NCBI GenBank assembly: GCA_020059745.1
Contig: JAGVBK010000004.1
Coordinates: forward strand, 26,932 to 90,931
DNA: 64,000 nucleotides
Reading direction: 5' to 3'
Source of the DNA: Candidatus Shapirobacteria bacterium
Lineage (GTDB): Bacteria; Patescibacteriota; Microgenomatia; UM-FILTER-40-11
Below, one piece after another: positions 46,251-56,375 of this stretch. A program made the position numbers and the translations under genes. The notes beneath the pieces were generated by a model, which was given only the letters and a program-made list of their open reading frames with translations, was not told the DNA's origin and searched no databases. The number at the start of each line of letters is the position of its first letter. Within the stretch, counting starts at the first letter, position 1.

Positions 46251-46730
46251 GTGATAAATATGTTTCCATACGGATACGGCTATGGCGGTTATGGAGGTTA
46301 TGGCGCCCCTTACGGCGGATACGGCTATGGCGGTTATGGAGGTTATGGCGCCCCTTACGGCGGTTATGGTTACGGCGGTTATGGACCTGGTTATTGGGGA
46401 TACGGGCCCGACTGGGACTATACAGACTATTATGACTACAACAGAAACCTTGTTCTTGACGATAATGAAATTGAAGATCTGGTAAGTGACAATATCGCCT
46501 CTGACCCCTATATTCCCCAAAGGGATGTTAACAGTATTGAGGTAAAAGTAGAAGATGGCGTAGTTCACCTTTCGGGAACTGTACGCAATCGAAGAAGCAA
46601 GCCTCTTGCTTACGCTGATGCTTTTTGGAGCCGGGGGGTGGTTGATGTGCAAAGCAATATCAAGGTTGAAGAAAGAAGCCGGGAAAGAGAGGAAAGAGGA
46701 AGAAAGAAAGAAAAAGAAGAAAGACAATAA
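46251..46730 (+). CDS. Gly/Tyr-rich low-complexity + BON-domain protein
   Basis: N-terminal (GYG)n repeats; BON-like segment (VHLSGTVRNR); basic/acidic tail. Confidence 0.6.
   Translation: MINMFPYGYGYGGYGGYGAPYGGYGYGGYGGYGAPYGGYGYGGYGPGYWGYGPDWDYTDYYDYNRNLVLDDNEIEDLVSDNIASDPYIPQRDVNSIEVKVEDGVVHLSGTVRNRRSKPLAYADAFWSRGVVDVQSNIKVEERSREREERGRKKEKEERQ
46274..46363 (+). repeat. exact 45-bp tandem duplication encoding YGYGGYGGYGAPYGG
   Basis: ATACGGCTATGGCGGTTATGGAGGTTATGGCGCCCCTTACGGCGG occurs twice back-to-back. Confidence 0.8.
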
Positions 46731-46736
46731 CCAAAG

Positions 46737-48275
46737 ATGAAGGCAGATCAACCGAAAAAAGAAAGCAGCTTGCCGGGAAAACCAAGCTCTTTTTGGCTGG
46801 AAACAGCCCCAGATAAACAGTTCCCAAAAGCTAAGGGCTATTTTTCTTTGGATGTTGCCGTTATTGGCGGTGGTATTGTGGGAATAACTACAGCCTACCT
46901 TCTTGGCAAAGCCGGATTAAAGGTAGCGGTTTTGGAAAAAGATAAAATTCTTCATGGCGTTACCGGCCATACCACCGCCAAGCTTACTTCCCAGCACGGA
47001 CTTATCTATCGCCATTTGATTAACAATTTTGGCCGGGAAAAAGCACAAACTTACGCAGAGGCCAACCAAAAAGCCATAGAAAAAGTGTTCGAAATCGCTG
47101 AAAAAGAAAAAATTGAATGTGATCTTAAAAGGGCCCTTGCTTATACTTACACAGAAGAAGAAAACGACAGAAAGGAAGCTTTAGAAGAAATAAAAGCCTG
47201 CCAAAGCTTAGGCTTGCCGGCAAAACTTAAAGAAGAAATTTCTTTACCTTTTAAGACCAAAGGCGCAGCCTGTTTTGAAAATCAAGCCATTTTTCATCCC
47301 TTAAAATTCCTTTACTCTTTGGCAGAAATTGTTTCAAAAAACGGCGGCTTAATTTTTGAAAATTCAAAAGTCATTAAGGTTAATGAAGGCAAAGAATGTC
47401 TTATTAAAACAGAAGAGGCAGAAATTAAAGCCAAAAAGGCAATTTTAGCCACCAACTTTCCCATTTACGATCAATGCTATTTTTTTGCCAGAATGTGGCC
47501 AAAACGCTCTTACGCTTTGGCGGTCAAGCTTAGAGAGAAGCTTCCTGAGGATTATTTTATTAGCTCAAGAAAAAAATTCCACTCCATCCGCCCGCATTTT
47601 TACGATAAAGGCTCAATTCTTATTATCGGCGGTGAGCCACACCGCACTGGACAGGGAAACGATACGGTCAAGCTCTATAAAAACCTTATTGAATTTGCCC
47701 AAAAAAATTTTGAAGTTGATTCTGTTTTATACCGCTGGTCAACTCATGACCAAATGCCGGCAGACAATGTCCCTTTTATTGGCAGAAGCTCCTTAAGGTC
47801 AAAAAACATCTTTGTTGCCACTGGTTTTAAAGGCTGGGGGATGTCTCACGGCATTGTGGCAGCCATGCTTTTTTTAGATTTAGTCAATGAGCAGAAAAAC
47901 CCCTGGGGTGAGCTCTATGATCCCTGTCGGTTTGAAGGAAAAGCGTCCGTAAAGACAATCATTGATCAAGGTATTACTGTTGCCAAAGAATATTTAGGGA
48001 ACCGTTTTCCCGGAAGAAAGCAGCAATCTCCCAGAGAATTAAAAAAGAAAGAAGCCGCAATAGGAGAAGAAAACAGCCAAAAAATTGCAATTTATAAAGA
48101 CGGTGAGGGGAAAAGCCATAAGGTCTCGGCTGTCTGTACTCACATGGGTTGCACTGTTTCCTGGAATAATGCTGAAAAAAGCTGGGACTGTCCTTGTCAT
48201 GGCTCAAGGTTTAACCATAAAGGTGAAGTTATTCATGCACCTGCAGTTAAAAATCTAAAAAAAATAAAGACTTAA
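46737..48275 (+). CDS. FAD-dependent oxidoreductase fused to a C-terminal Rieske [2Fe-2S] domain
   Basis: GGGIVG dinucleotide fold; CTHMGC...CPCHGS Rieske motifs. Confidence 0.75.
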   Translation: MKADQPKKESSLPGKPSSFWLETAPDKQFPKAKGYFSLDVAVIGGGIVGITTAYLLGKAGLKVAVLEKDKILHGVTGHTTAKLTSQHGLIYRHLINNFGREKAQTYAEANQKAIEKVFEIAEKEKIECDLKRALAYTYTEEENDRKEALEEIKACQSLGLPAKLKEEISLPFKTKGAACFENQAIFHPLKFLYSLAEIVSKNGGLIFENSKVIKVNEGKECLIKTEEAEIKAKKAILATNFPIYDQCYFFARMWPKRSYALAVKLREKLPEDYFISSRKKFHSIRPHFYDKGSILIIGGEPHRTGQGNDTVKLYKNLIEFAQKNFEVDSVLYRWSTHDQMPADNVPFIGRSSLRSKNIFVATGFKGWGMSHGIVAAMLFLDLVNEQKNPWGELYDPCRFEGKASVKTIIDQGITVAKEYLGNRFPGRKQQSPRELKKKEAAIGEENSQKIAIYKDGEGKSHKVSAVCTHMGCTVSWNNAEKSWDCPCHGSRFNHKGEVIHAPAVKNLKKIKT

Positions 48276-48901
48276 ATACTCTGGATTATTTCAATGGTAT
48301 TTAAAATCTCTTCAACCTGAAAAAAGCTCTCACTTTCAGAAGAAGTAATAATGCCTGAAATCTCATAAATTTTACCGTTTTTAATAGTGGTCAGATTAAT
48401 ACCCTGGCTTTCGTTTCCTTTGGTTAGAGTCTTTTTAAAAACAACTCCGTTTATAACTACATTCTCACATTTTTCAAAAGAGCCTTCACAATCTAAATGA
48501 TTTTTTAAGGATTGCTTTATTCCCTCGGTTACAATATTAAAATTAATAACTACCGCATCTGCCGGCAAAATAAAAGCACTTTTTTGCTCCTGATAGTCAA
48601 AATTTGCCAGAGCCCAAGACTCAACAGGAACCCGAAAACTGCTTTGTGCTTTTGGAGAAACTTCAACAACTTTCCATTCCGGGGGGTAGCTGAATTTAAA
48701 AGAATTGTCCTTACTTAAAAAAGCCTTCCACCCCTTTTCGTCTAAATCCTCAATTCCCCCCTGGTCTTGCCAAGAGTAAATTTCCTCCTTAAATGTAAAA
48801 ATCTCCTCAAAAAAGCGGTCGGAAAACAAAAAATCAAAAGACAATAAAAAGACAATAAAAAAAGAAAGAAACAAAAAAATTACGAGGGCTACTTTCATCA
48901 A
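48272..48901 (-). CDS. hypothetical secreted protein
   Basis: Signal peptide/TM at the N-terminus. Confidence 0.45.
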   Translation of the reverse strand: MMKVALVIFLFLSFFIVFLLSFDFLFSDRFFEEIFTFKEEIYSWQDQGGIEDLDEKGWKAFLSKDNSFKFSYPPEWKVVEVSPKAQSSFRVPVESWALANFDYQEQKSAFILPADAVVINFNIVTEGIKQSLKNHLDCEGSFEKCENVVINGVVFKKTLTKGNESQGINLTTIKNGKIYEISGIITSSESESFFQVEEILNTIEIIQSI

Positions 48902-49012
48902 GCTAACTTAGCGTTTGGGGTTGATAAAGGGATAAAAGCCGAGCAAGAGATTAGTAAGAAACATTGAAAAAGCCAAAGTTTCCCAATAGAATAAATATAC
49001 TGTAAAAAATAT

Positions 49013-49558
49013 ATGTCTTTTACCAACATTGACACCGGCAATAGGAGTCCTGAAATTATAAATGTGGTGGTGGAAATCCCCAAAGGCTCTCACAACAAAT
49101 ATGAATATGACGAAAAAACCGACGAAATCAGGCTGGACCGCGTTCTTTATTCTGCTGTTTTTTATCCCTCCGACTATGGCTTTGTTCCCCATACCCGCTC
49201 TGAAGACGGTGACCAGCTTGATGTGATGGTGATCATCTCTGAGCCTCTTTTTCCGGGTTGTGTTTTGCCGGTAAGGCCAATTGGCGTTTTAAGCATGGAA
49301 GATGAAGAAGGCAATGACGACAAGGTGATTGCCGTGGCCTTAAAAGATCCCAGGCTTAAGCAAGTTAATTCAATAAACGACCTTGACAGTCATTACAAAA
49401 AAGAGATCCAGAACTTTTTTGAAATGTACAAAAACCTGGAAAAAAAACCAGTTAAAGTTCACCGCTGGCTTGGCAAAGAAGAAGCTTTTAGGATAATAAA
49501 TAAAGCCAAGGAAAGATACGAAAAAGAAATAAAGAAAGAGCCTGAAAAAAAAGATTAG
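49013..49558 (+). CDS. ppa: inorganic pyrophosphatase (family I)
   Basis: DGDQLDVMV; conserved acidic triads. Confidence 0.85.
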   Translation: MSFTNIDTGNRSPEIINVVVEIPKGSHNKYEYDEKTDEIRLDRVLYSAVFYPSDYGFVPHTRSEDGDQLDVMVIISEPLFPGCVLPVRPIGVLSMEDEEGNDDKVIAVALKDPRLKQVNSINDLDSHYKKEIQNFFEMYKNLEKKPVKVHRWLGKEEAFRIINKAKERYEKEIKKEPEKKD

Positions 49559-49559
49559 T

Positions 49560-49823
49560 TTATTTTTTGCTATTTTTCTTCTCGATAAAGGAAAGCAGTC
49601 TGCCGTTATCAATATCCCAACGGTTAAGCCAGAAAATATATAAAATTTCCAAAATCCCTAAAGTGTTAAAAACCAAAATAACAATAAACCAAAGAAGGTG
49701 TCTTTTACCGGCTGCCTTCCAAAGAGCCCAACCTTTCCAGAAAAGAGCCCATAAAAGAAAGAAAGTCTTTACTCCCGGGTCTGACAAGAAATTCACTACC
49801 TGACTCTCAAAATTGTTCATCAA
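49560..49823 (-). CDS. small integral membrane protein (DUF5652-like)
   Basis: Two TM helices, W-rich. Confidence 0.45.
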   Translation of the reverse strand: MMNNFESQVVNFLSDPGVKTFFLLWALFWKGWALWKAAGKRHLLWFIVILVFNTLGILEILYIFWLNRWDIDNGRLLSFIEKKNSKK

Positions 49824-49835
49824 ACCAGTATAACA

Positions 49836-50063
49836 TTAAAGCTTTCGCCGGCAAAAGACCGGAGACACAAAAGCAAGGTACAACCCAGCCAGTCCGACCA
49901 GCACATATATTGTCCGCGTGATTGAACTCATCACTCCGAAAAGAGCAGATACAAGATTATAATTAAAAAGGCCAACAGCTGCCCAATTAAGAGCTCCTAC
50001 AATCACTAAAATCAAGGATATCCAGTCAAGCACATTAAGCCTTCCGACATTATTTACATCCAC
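49836..50063 (-). CDS. DUF378-like small membrane protein
   Basis: 75 aa, two TM helices. Confidence 0.5.
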   Translation of the reverse strand: MDVNNVGRLNVLDWISLILVIVGALNWAAVGLFNYNLVSALFGVMSSITRTIYVLVGLAGLYLAFVSPVFCRRKL

Positions 50064-50160
50064 TTTGACTCACCTCCCTCATCTTAAGATAACTTTTTTA
50101 AATCTATATTCGGGTTATGAGAAAAAAATAAAAAACAGGTAATAAAGAGGTAAGCGCTTC

Positions 50161-51663
50161 CTAAGGAAAATTTAAGAAAACCTCTTTGAGTGTTTGCTTC
50201 TCTAGGTTAAACACTCTTATCAAGTGATTATTGGTATCTGAAATATAAAGGTTGTCTTTTGAAAAATAAACATCATTAGGTTCAAAAAGAGGTAAAACTT
50301 CACAAGACCTGTCGTTTATGGTGCAAAACCGGGGAGAATCCTCTCTTTTAATAAGGGAAGTCACTTTTCTTTCCCGAAGACTAAGATTCCTAATGGCATG
50401 ATTATAGGTGTCGGCTACAAACACCTCTCCTTCCTTAGCAAAAATCCCTAAGGGGTGCTGAAATTCCGCCTCGCCGAAAGAGCCATCTTTAAAACCAAAT
50501 TCGAACAAACCTTTGCCAACAAGGGTTTTTACCTCACCCTCTCTAAGGTCAATGTACCTGATGGCAGAAACCTCGCTGTCGGCAAAATATATTCTTTCTT
50601 TATAAATGCTTATTCCGCTGGGCTGAGCCATCTGGCTTGCAAGAAGACTTGCATCAACAATATTTTCAAGACCGCTTCCGGCAAAAACCCTAATCAGGTT
50701 TTCCGCAATATTAAGGCTAAAAATCTGATGGCTTCCGGCCATAGCTATATAAAGATAGCCTTCGGCATAATCAAGGTCCCAAGGCGAATTTAAACTAATC
50801 TCTAAAGATTTACTTTCACCCGAAGGAGCTACCCCTTGTCTGCCGTTTCCCGCCACCGTCTCCACCTCTTTTTTTCTTAAATCAACCCTTCTTAAAAGGT
50901 GGTTTTCCGTATCACAAATATAAAGAAAATCGCCTACCAAGCAAAGCCCTTGTGGCTGGTTAAAAGAAGCGTTTTCAAGAGAGCCGTCTCTATCTCCTTT
51001 TTTTCCTGAGCCAATAATCTCGGTCACTTTCACCTGGTCAGGAGAAAGAAATCGGCTTTCTATTATCCGGTGATGATTTGAATCAGAAATATAAAGATAT
51101 TCTCCCCGGGAATCCAGTGTAATTTTTGAAGGAAATGAAAGCGTGCTTTTTAAGACTGGCGTTTTTTTAATAAATTGAGGCGGAGCTTTTGCCAAAATCC
51201 CTCGATTTTTTCCTTCCTTAAGCAAACCTTCAACTGTTTTATCAAGCTGCAAACGCCAACCTTCTCCAGCCACCTGGCCCCTGATTGCTCCCTCTCCGTC
51301 AAGTAAAACAAAAGTGGGCCAAGCCCGCACAGTGTAGGCCTCCCAAAGCTCCCGGTTATTATCAAGAACAACCGGATGCTCAATTCCGTAGCGGGCAACG
51401 GCAGAGACAACATTTTCCTTCTTTTTTTCATTGGCAAACTTTGGCGAGTGAACACCAATAACTAAAAAGGGCTCATTTTTATACTTGTCCTCTAGATACT
51501 TAAGATCAGGAAGAATGTGAATACAGTTTATGCAACAGTAAGTCCAAAAATCGAGCAGAACTACATATCCTTTTAAATCTTTTAGGCTTAAGTCTTTTGA
51601 AGTGTTTAACCAAGTAGCTTCCTTAGGTAAATCCGGAGCATAGAGATTGTAAGCTTCAACCAT
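50161..51663 (-). CDS. thioredoxin-fold (redoxin) + NHL-repeat beta-propeller protein
   Basis: N-terminal CxxC (CCINC); C-terminal NHL-like repeats. Confidence 0.65.
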   Translation of the reverse strand: MVEAYNLYAPDLPKEATWLNTSKDLSLKDLKGYVVLLDFWTYCCINCIHILPDLKYLEDKYKNEPFLVIGVHSPKFANEKKKENVVSAVARYGIEHPVVLDNNRELWEAYTVRAWPTFVLLDGEGAIRGQVAGEGWRLQLDKTVEGLLKEGKNRGILAKAPPQFIKKTPVLKSTLSFPSKITLDSRGEYLYISDSNHHRIIESRFLSPDQVKVTEIIGSGKKGDRDGSLENASFNQPQGLCLVGDFLYICDTENHLLRRVDLRKKEVETVAGNGRQGVAPSGESKSLEISLNSPWDLDYAEGYLYIAMAGSHQIFSLNIAENLIRVFAGSGLENIVDASLLASQMAQPSGISIYKERIYFADSEVSAIRYIDLREGEVKTLVGKGLFEFGFKDGSFGEAEFQHPLGIFAKEGEVFVADTYNHAIRNLSLRERKVTSLIKREDSPRFCTINDRSCEVLPLFEPNDVYFSKDNLYISDTNNHLIRVFNLEKQTLKEVFLNFP

Positions 51664-51671
51664 AGCGGTAG

Positions 51672-52148
51672 CTAAAGATTAAAACGGTCAAGTTCAGGCC
51701 AATAAACATCACCTGCCACTCCTAAAAGAGAGGCGCATTTTTTCAGGCAATCACTCGCGGCCGATTTAAGATCATCGGCAATACTGATAAGCTCACCGTT
51801 TCGGGTGTATTTTATGTCAGAACCGCCATACTGCGCCTTAACAATGGTATGGTCTTTTATCCTCACGGTTAGCTCTCCCCTAACCCAGACCTGTTTTTTC
51901 CCTACCTCCTGATCTAAAATCCGAAAATCCCAATCCCAACCAAAAGCCTGATTTAAAAGATTGACTACATACCCGATTTCCACATAGTCAAGCTCTTTGC
52001 CGCCCGGACCTGGTCTTTTTTTTATAAACTGCTTGGGTGTCTTTTGGGTAATAAAACTGCGCTGGGCCTGGTTTAGATTTTGCGGCAACTGGTTAAGTTT
52101 AAGGTCTTTTTCATTATTCTCTTCCATACGGTAAATATGAATTTTCAT
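51672..52148 (-). CDS. hypothetical protein; weak Rad52/22-like single-strand annealing protein resemblance
   Basis: 158 aa; FGWDWDFRI..VWVRGELTV..YGGSD. Recall-level similarity only. Confidence 0.3.
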   Translation of the reverse strand: MKIHIYRMEENNEKDLKLNQLPQNLNQAQRSFITQKTPKQFIKKRPGPGGKELDYVEIGYVVNLLNQAFGWDWDFRILDQEVGKKQVWVRGELTVRIKDHTIVKAQYGGSDIKYTRNGELISIADDLKSAASDCLKKCASLLGVAGDVYWPELDRFNL

Positions 52149-52252
52149 AATAAAAGAACCCTTAAAGCAAGGTAAGACCTTGGTAATAGATTCTTACTTT
52201 TGTCTTACCTTCTTTAAACAAAGGGTTTGGTTTTGGCTTTTAAGATAAAAGG

Positions 52253-53023
52253 GTGGTATTTTTTGAGTTTAAAGACGGCAGTAAAGTTCCGGCATTAGGC
52301 TTGGGAACCTGGAACCTAACCGGAGAAAACGGTAAAAGAGCAGTCGCCAAAGCGTTGGAAATCGGCTACCGCCATTTTGACACCGCAGAAGCTTACGGCA
52401 ATCACCGTATTGTCGGCGAGGCAATCGCGGAAAGCGGGATAGAAAGAAAAGAAATATTTATTACCTCAAAAGTACCGTCAAGAAGTCTTTTAAAAGAGGC
52501 GGTTATTGAAAGCGGTAAAAGAGCTTTGGACGAACTTAAAACAGATTACCTTGACCTTTTTCTAATCCACTGGCCAAACCCTTCAGTTCCGATAAAAGAA
52601 ACACTTTCCGGTTTTAGTGAGCTTAAAGAAAAAGAATTAATTCGTTCAATCGGAGTTTCCAATTTCGGCATCGAAGAGCTTAAAGAAGCTTTAAAAGAAG
52701 GAGTGAAAATTGTAAATAACCAAGTGGAGCTTCATCCCTCTTTTAACCAAAGCAGGTTGAAGAGCTATTGTGCTGAAGAAAAAATTATAATCACCGCCTA
52801 CTCGCCTTTTGCCCAGGGAAAGGACCTCAAGCTCAAAGAAATAAATAAGCTTTCAGAAAAATACAACCATCCGGCTTCACAAATTATTATTAATTGGATT
52901 ATCCAAAAAGAAATGATTGCCATCCCAAAATCAGGAAACGAGGAACATCTTAGAGAAAATTTCAATGCCTTAGAGTGGAAACTGGCAAAAGAAGATATTG
53001 ATTTGATTGATAAAATTAGTTAA
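52253..53023 (+). CDS. aldo/keto reductase (2,5-diketo-D-gluconate reductase-like)
   Basis: LGLGTW; catalytic tetrad; IPKS. Confidence 0.8.
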   Translation: MVFFEFKDGSKVPALGLGTWNLTGENGKRAVAKALEIGYRHFDTAEAYGNHRIVGEAIAESGIERKEIFITSKVPSRSLLKEAVIESGKRALDELKTDYLDLFLIHWPNPSVPIKETLSGFSELKEKELIRSIGVSNFGIEELKEALKEGVKIVNNQVELHPSFNQSRLKSYCAEEKIIITAYSPFAQGKDLKLKEINKLSEKYNHPASQIIINWIIQKEMIAIPKSGNEEHLRENFNALEWKLAKEDIDLIDKIS

Positions 53024-53091
53024 ATTATAAAAACTCCCCTTGTTGTTTAAGTTTTGTTTGGTATAATTATCGACTTAACCGGAGTCAAAAA

Positions 53092-53727
53092 ATGATTCAA
53101 AAAATTAAAAGATGGTACAAAGAACTTCCCGATAATAAGCGCTACTTTGAACTTTTAAGCGCAGTGCTCTCTATTCCTGTTTTAGTTACGGTGATTCTTT
53201 TAAATGTTAACAATCTCGAAAACATGAGAAGCAGGTCAGTGGAAAAAGAAGCGGCCGGAAAAGCTCCGGAACCCACTGTCATTGAAAGAATTATTGAAAA
53301 AGAGGTTTCTCCCACCATTGAGCCGTCTCCTTCCCCAACCCCACCCGCTACTACCCCACAAGAATGCATTAAAGAAATCGGGCCGGTGGAAATAATCACT
53401 CCTTCTGAAAACGAAGTCATTGCCAAAGACCCAATTTGCATTGAAATCTCGCGCTCAAACAAGTATTGTTCTGTAGTCTGGTCCTATAGAATTAACGGAG
53501 GGTCTTGGTCTGATTTTACCGATAAGTCTATTTGCATCTACAGTCTTTCCCCTGGAGAAAAAAAGCTTGAGCTGAGAGTCAAAAGTTTAGTTTCAAACGA
53601 GCAAGTCTTACTTGAAAGAAACTTTACTATTAAAAGTGAGGAAATTCCTACCCCCGGACCAACCATTGAACCCGTTTCTGTGGAACCAAACAAAGAAAAC
53701 GACCCGAACAAAGTCTCGGAACTATAA
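53092..53727 (+). CDS. hypothetical membrane-anchored, Pro/Thr-rich protein
   Basis: N-terminal TM helix; PT-rich linker. Confidence 0.45.
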   Translation: MIQKIKRWYKELPDNKRYFELLSAVLSIPVLVTVILLNVNNLENMRSRSVEKEAAGKAPEPTVIERIIEKEVSPTIEPSPSPTPPATTPQECIKEIGPVEIITPSENEVIAKDPICIEISRSNKYCSVVWSYRINGGSWSDFTDKSICIYSLSPGEKKLELRVKSLVSNEQVLLERNFTIKSEEIPTPGPTIEPVSVEPNKENDPNKVSEL

Positions 53728-53826
53728 TTCCTCTTACAAATTCCCTACAAGTTATTAAAAAAAGCTTTAAGTATGCCGGTTAAGCTAGCTATAGATTGTT
53801 TTGAGAGCTCAAAGGAGGTGAAGATA

Positions 53827-54075
53827 ATGAATTTACTTTTGTGGATACTGCTCGGCCTTATTGCAGGCTGGCTGGCCTCAGTTATTGTCAGAACCAACCG
53901 CACCCAAGGACCGCTTATGGATATTATCCTGGGGGTTTTAGGCGCTTTAGTAGGAGGCTTTATTATGAGCTTGCTTGGTTTTGGCGGCATTACGGGATTT
54001 AATATCTATAGCATTATTGTGGCTACCCTGGGTGCTATTCTTCTTATTGTCTTGCGCCGGGCTTTATTAAGATAA
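53827..54075 (+). CDS. GlsB/YeaQ/YmgE-family stress-response membrane protein
   Basis: WILLGLIAGWLAS...G-rich TM helices. SD GGAGGTG upstream of the Met at 53827. Confidence 0.65.
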   Translation: MNLLLWILLGLIAGWLASVIVRTNRTQGPLMDIILGVLGALVGGFIMSLLGFGGITGFNIYSIIVATLGAILLIVLRRALLR

Positions 54076-54116
54076 AGGTTGTCCTAAAAAGGAGGTTGTG
54101 ATAAGGTAAAGTACTA

Positions 54117-55232
54117 ATGAAGTATCGGAGTTTTGGCAAGCTTGAGTATCAGCCTTCAGCTTTGGGGTTTGGAGCAATGAGGCTCCCTGTCTTAGGAGAC
54201 CCCCCAAGAATTGACGAAGAAAAAGCAATTAAAATGATTCACCGGTCAATTGAGGGCGGTGTCAATTATATTGACACCGCTTTTCCTTATCATAAAGGAG
54301 AAAGTGAAATCCTGGTCGGGAAAGCGCTTAAAGGCCAATACCGAAAAAGGGTAAAACTCGCCACCAAACTTCCCTCCTGGCTAGTAGAGGACAAAGCAGA
54401 CTTTGACAAGTTTTTAAACAAACAGCTTGAAAAATTGCAAACCGACCACATCGACTTTTACTTATTGCACAGCCTAGACAAAGAAAAATGGCAAAACCTT
54501 AATCGGCTTTCAGTCTTTTCTTGGGCGGAAAAAGCTGAAAAAGACGGAAGAATCGGTCATCTTGGCTTTTCCTTTCATGACCAGTATGAGGTTTTCAAAG
54601 AGATTGTTGACGGTTATGACAAGTGGACCTTTTGCCAAATTCAACTAAACTACATGGATGAAGATTTTCAAGCAGGGAAAAGGGGGCTAAAATATGCCTC
54701 CCAGAAAGGATTGGCCGTAGTGGTCATGGAGCCTTTAAAAGGAGGCAGGCTTGCCAACCCGCCAGAAGCTGTTAAGAACATCTTTGAAAGCGCCGGAAAG
54801 AAAACCCCGGTTGACTGGGCTTTGGGGTGGGTTTGGAGTCATCCAGAGGTTTCTTTGCTCTTAAGCGGCATGAGCAGCTTAGACCAAGTTGAAGAAAATC
54901 TTGCCATCGCTGACCGCTCGGCTGCCAACAGTCTTACGGAAAGAGACCTTAAAATAATCAAAAAAGCAAAGGAAAAATATCTTTCTTTCAAGCCTGTTCC
55001 CTGCACCGGATGTGAATACTGTCTTCCCTGCCCGCAAGCAATTAATATTCCCAAAATCTTTGAGATTTACAACGATGCAGTCATGTATGGCAATTTAAAG
55101 CAGGCAAAGGAACAATACCAAAGACTTAATGGCGTGGAAAATTGCTTAAAGTGCTTTCGCTGCGAAAAGCTCTGTCCTCAGGGTATAAAAATTACGGAGC
55201 AATTAAAAAAAGCCCAGGAGCTCTTGGCCTAA
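54117..55232 (+). CDS. aldo/keto reductase fused to a C-terminal 2x[4Fe-4S] ferredoxin-like domain
   Basis: AKR N-terminus; CTGCEYCLPCP and CFRCEKLCP. Confidence 0.75.
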   Translation: MKYRSFGKLEYQPSALGFGAMRLPVLGDPPRIDEEKAIKMIHRSIEGGVNYIDTAFPYHKGESEILVGKALKGQYRKRVKLATKLPSWLVEDKADFDKFLNKQLEKLQTDHIDFYLLHSLDKEKWQNLNRLSVFSWAEKAEKDGRIGHLGFSFHDQYEVFKEIVDGYDKWTFCQIQLNYMDEDFQAGKRGLKYASQKGLAVVVMEPLKGGRLANPPEAVKNIFESAGKKTPVDWALGWVWSHPEVSLLLSGMSSLDQVEENLAIADRSAANSLTERDLKIIKKAKEKYLSFKPVPCTGCEYCLPCPQAINIPKIFEIYNDAVMYGNLKQAKEQYQRLNGVENCLKCFRCEKLCPQGIKITEQLKKAQELLA

Positions 55233-55497
55233 AAGCCGAGTATCCCCAACCTTGAAAGTGCAGCCCCAATCAGTCCAGCCACTAACCCGCACCAAAAAGG
55301 CAAAAGATTTAAAGAAGAAAAACCTTCTTTGTCAAAATCACAGCAAATCTTTAATTTTAGCTTTTTCATTTTTCTAAAGTAGCCCACCCTAACATCGGGT
55401 TAAAAAAATGTCAACAGGAAGTAAGGATTTTGTAAGAAAAAAATTGTAAGAGTTTTTTCTATGTTTACCTCTTTTTATTAGAGTTTTAGGAGAAATG

Positions 55498-56321
55498 TCA
55501 AGCTTTTTCTCTAATTAACTGAAAAAAGTTTTCAAAATAACGAGGAAAGACTTCTCCTGAGTAATACATTTTTCGGGAAAAGCTTAAGAGCTTTTCCACT
55601 AAATTTTTTTCCGTTCCCCTTGATTGGTACCACTTTTGCCTAAGATTGCTTTCAAGTGATTCCCAGTTGCTTTCTTTGGTAGTGTTCCAGATTTCATAGA
55701 CAAACTCTCGCGAAGCATTCATCCCAATCCCCTTATCCACAAACTTTGGTGGAAATCCAAAACGCAGTTCCAGCCTTTAAAGGAGAGATATTTTTTGGAA
55801 AGCGCTGTTTTTCCGCCGTTAGGATACCAGTTGTCATCAAGAAGAATTATTCCCTTAGGAGAGGTTTTGGGAAAAGCAAGCAAAAGTTCCTTAAGGTTAT
55901 GCTCCTGGGCTAAAGAAGCATCACCTTCCGGGATAGGGCCAAAGCTGTTAAGAAAAAGAAGATCGATTTTTTTGTCAAACTTCTCAATAAAACCTAAAGG
56001 GTCTTCACAGATATAAGTGATGTTTTCCGCATATTTCTTTGTTTCTGTTTTGGCCGTTTCAATAACCTCTTCGTTACTGTCGCAGGTCCAGAGGTGACCT
56101 CCATACCTTGATACAAATTCGCCAAAAACAATGGTTGAATTACCCTCCTTCCACCTATGACCCAAACTTCGGAGCGTCCCTGTTTTCACAATTGTTCGGC
56201 CGTCATTTTGTAAAAAAAGGTTTAAGGCGGCTTTAATAGTGGGAAACCTGCTTCCCAGCTTTTGCTCGTATTTTTTAAAAGGCCCGTTCCAATAAAGAAA
56301 TTCCCTTTCTTGTTCTTCCAT
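55498..56321 (-). pseudogene. TylF/MycF-like class I methyltransferase split by a frameshift into two overlapping ORFs
   Basis: ORFs 55719-56321 and 55498-55740 overlap by 22 nt in different frames. LLFLNSFGP motif. Confidence 0.35.
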
Positions 56322-56375
56322 GCCAAAAAACTAACAAAAAAGGTTATTAAAAATGACAATAACTTGTAAGGAAAA

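Noticed and set aside
46115-46751. ORFs 46115-46435(+), 46282-46485(+) and 46218-46751(-), and the idea that the repeat is a CRISPR-like array
   Set aside because: These are alternative frames or antisense readings of the (GYG)n 45-bp tandem duplication inside the BON gene (RLWRLWRP, AVMEVMAP artefacts). There are only two units, no spacers, and the repeat is coding, so it is not CRISPR.
55236-55375. 46-aa minus-strand ORF MKKLKLKICC... in the AKR–methyltransferase intergenic region
   Set aside because: No convincing RBS and no recognisable family; not supportable.
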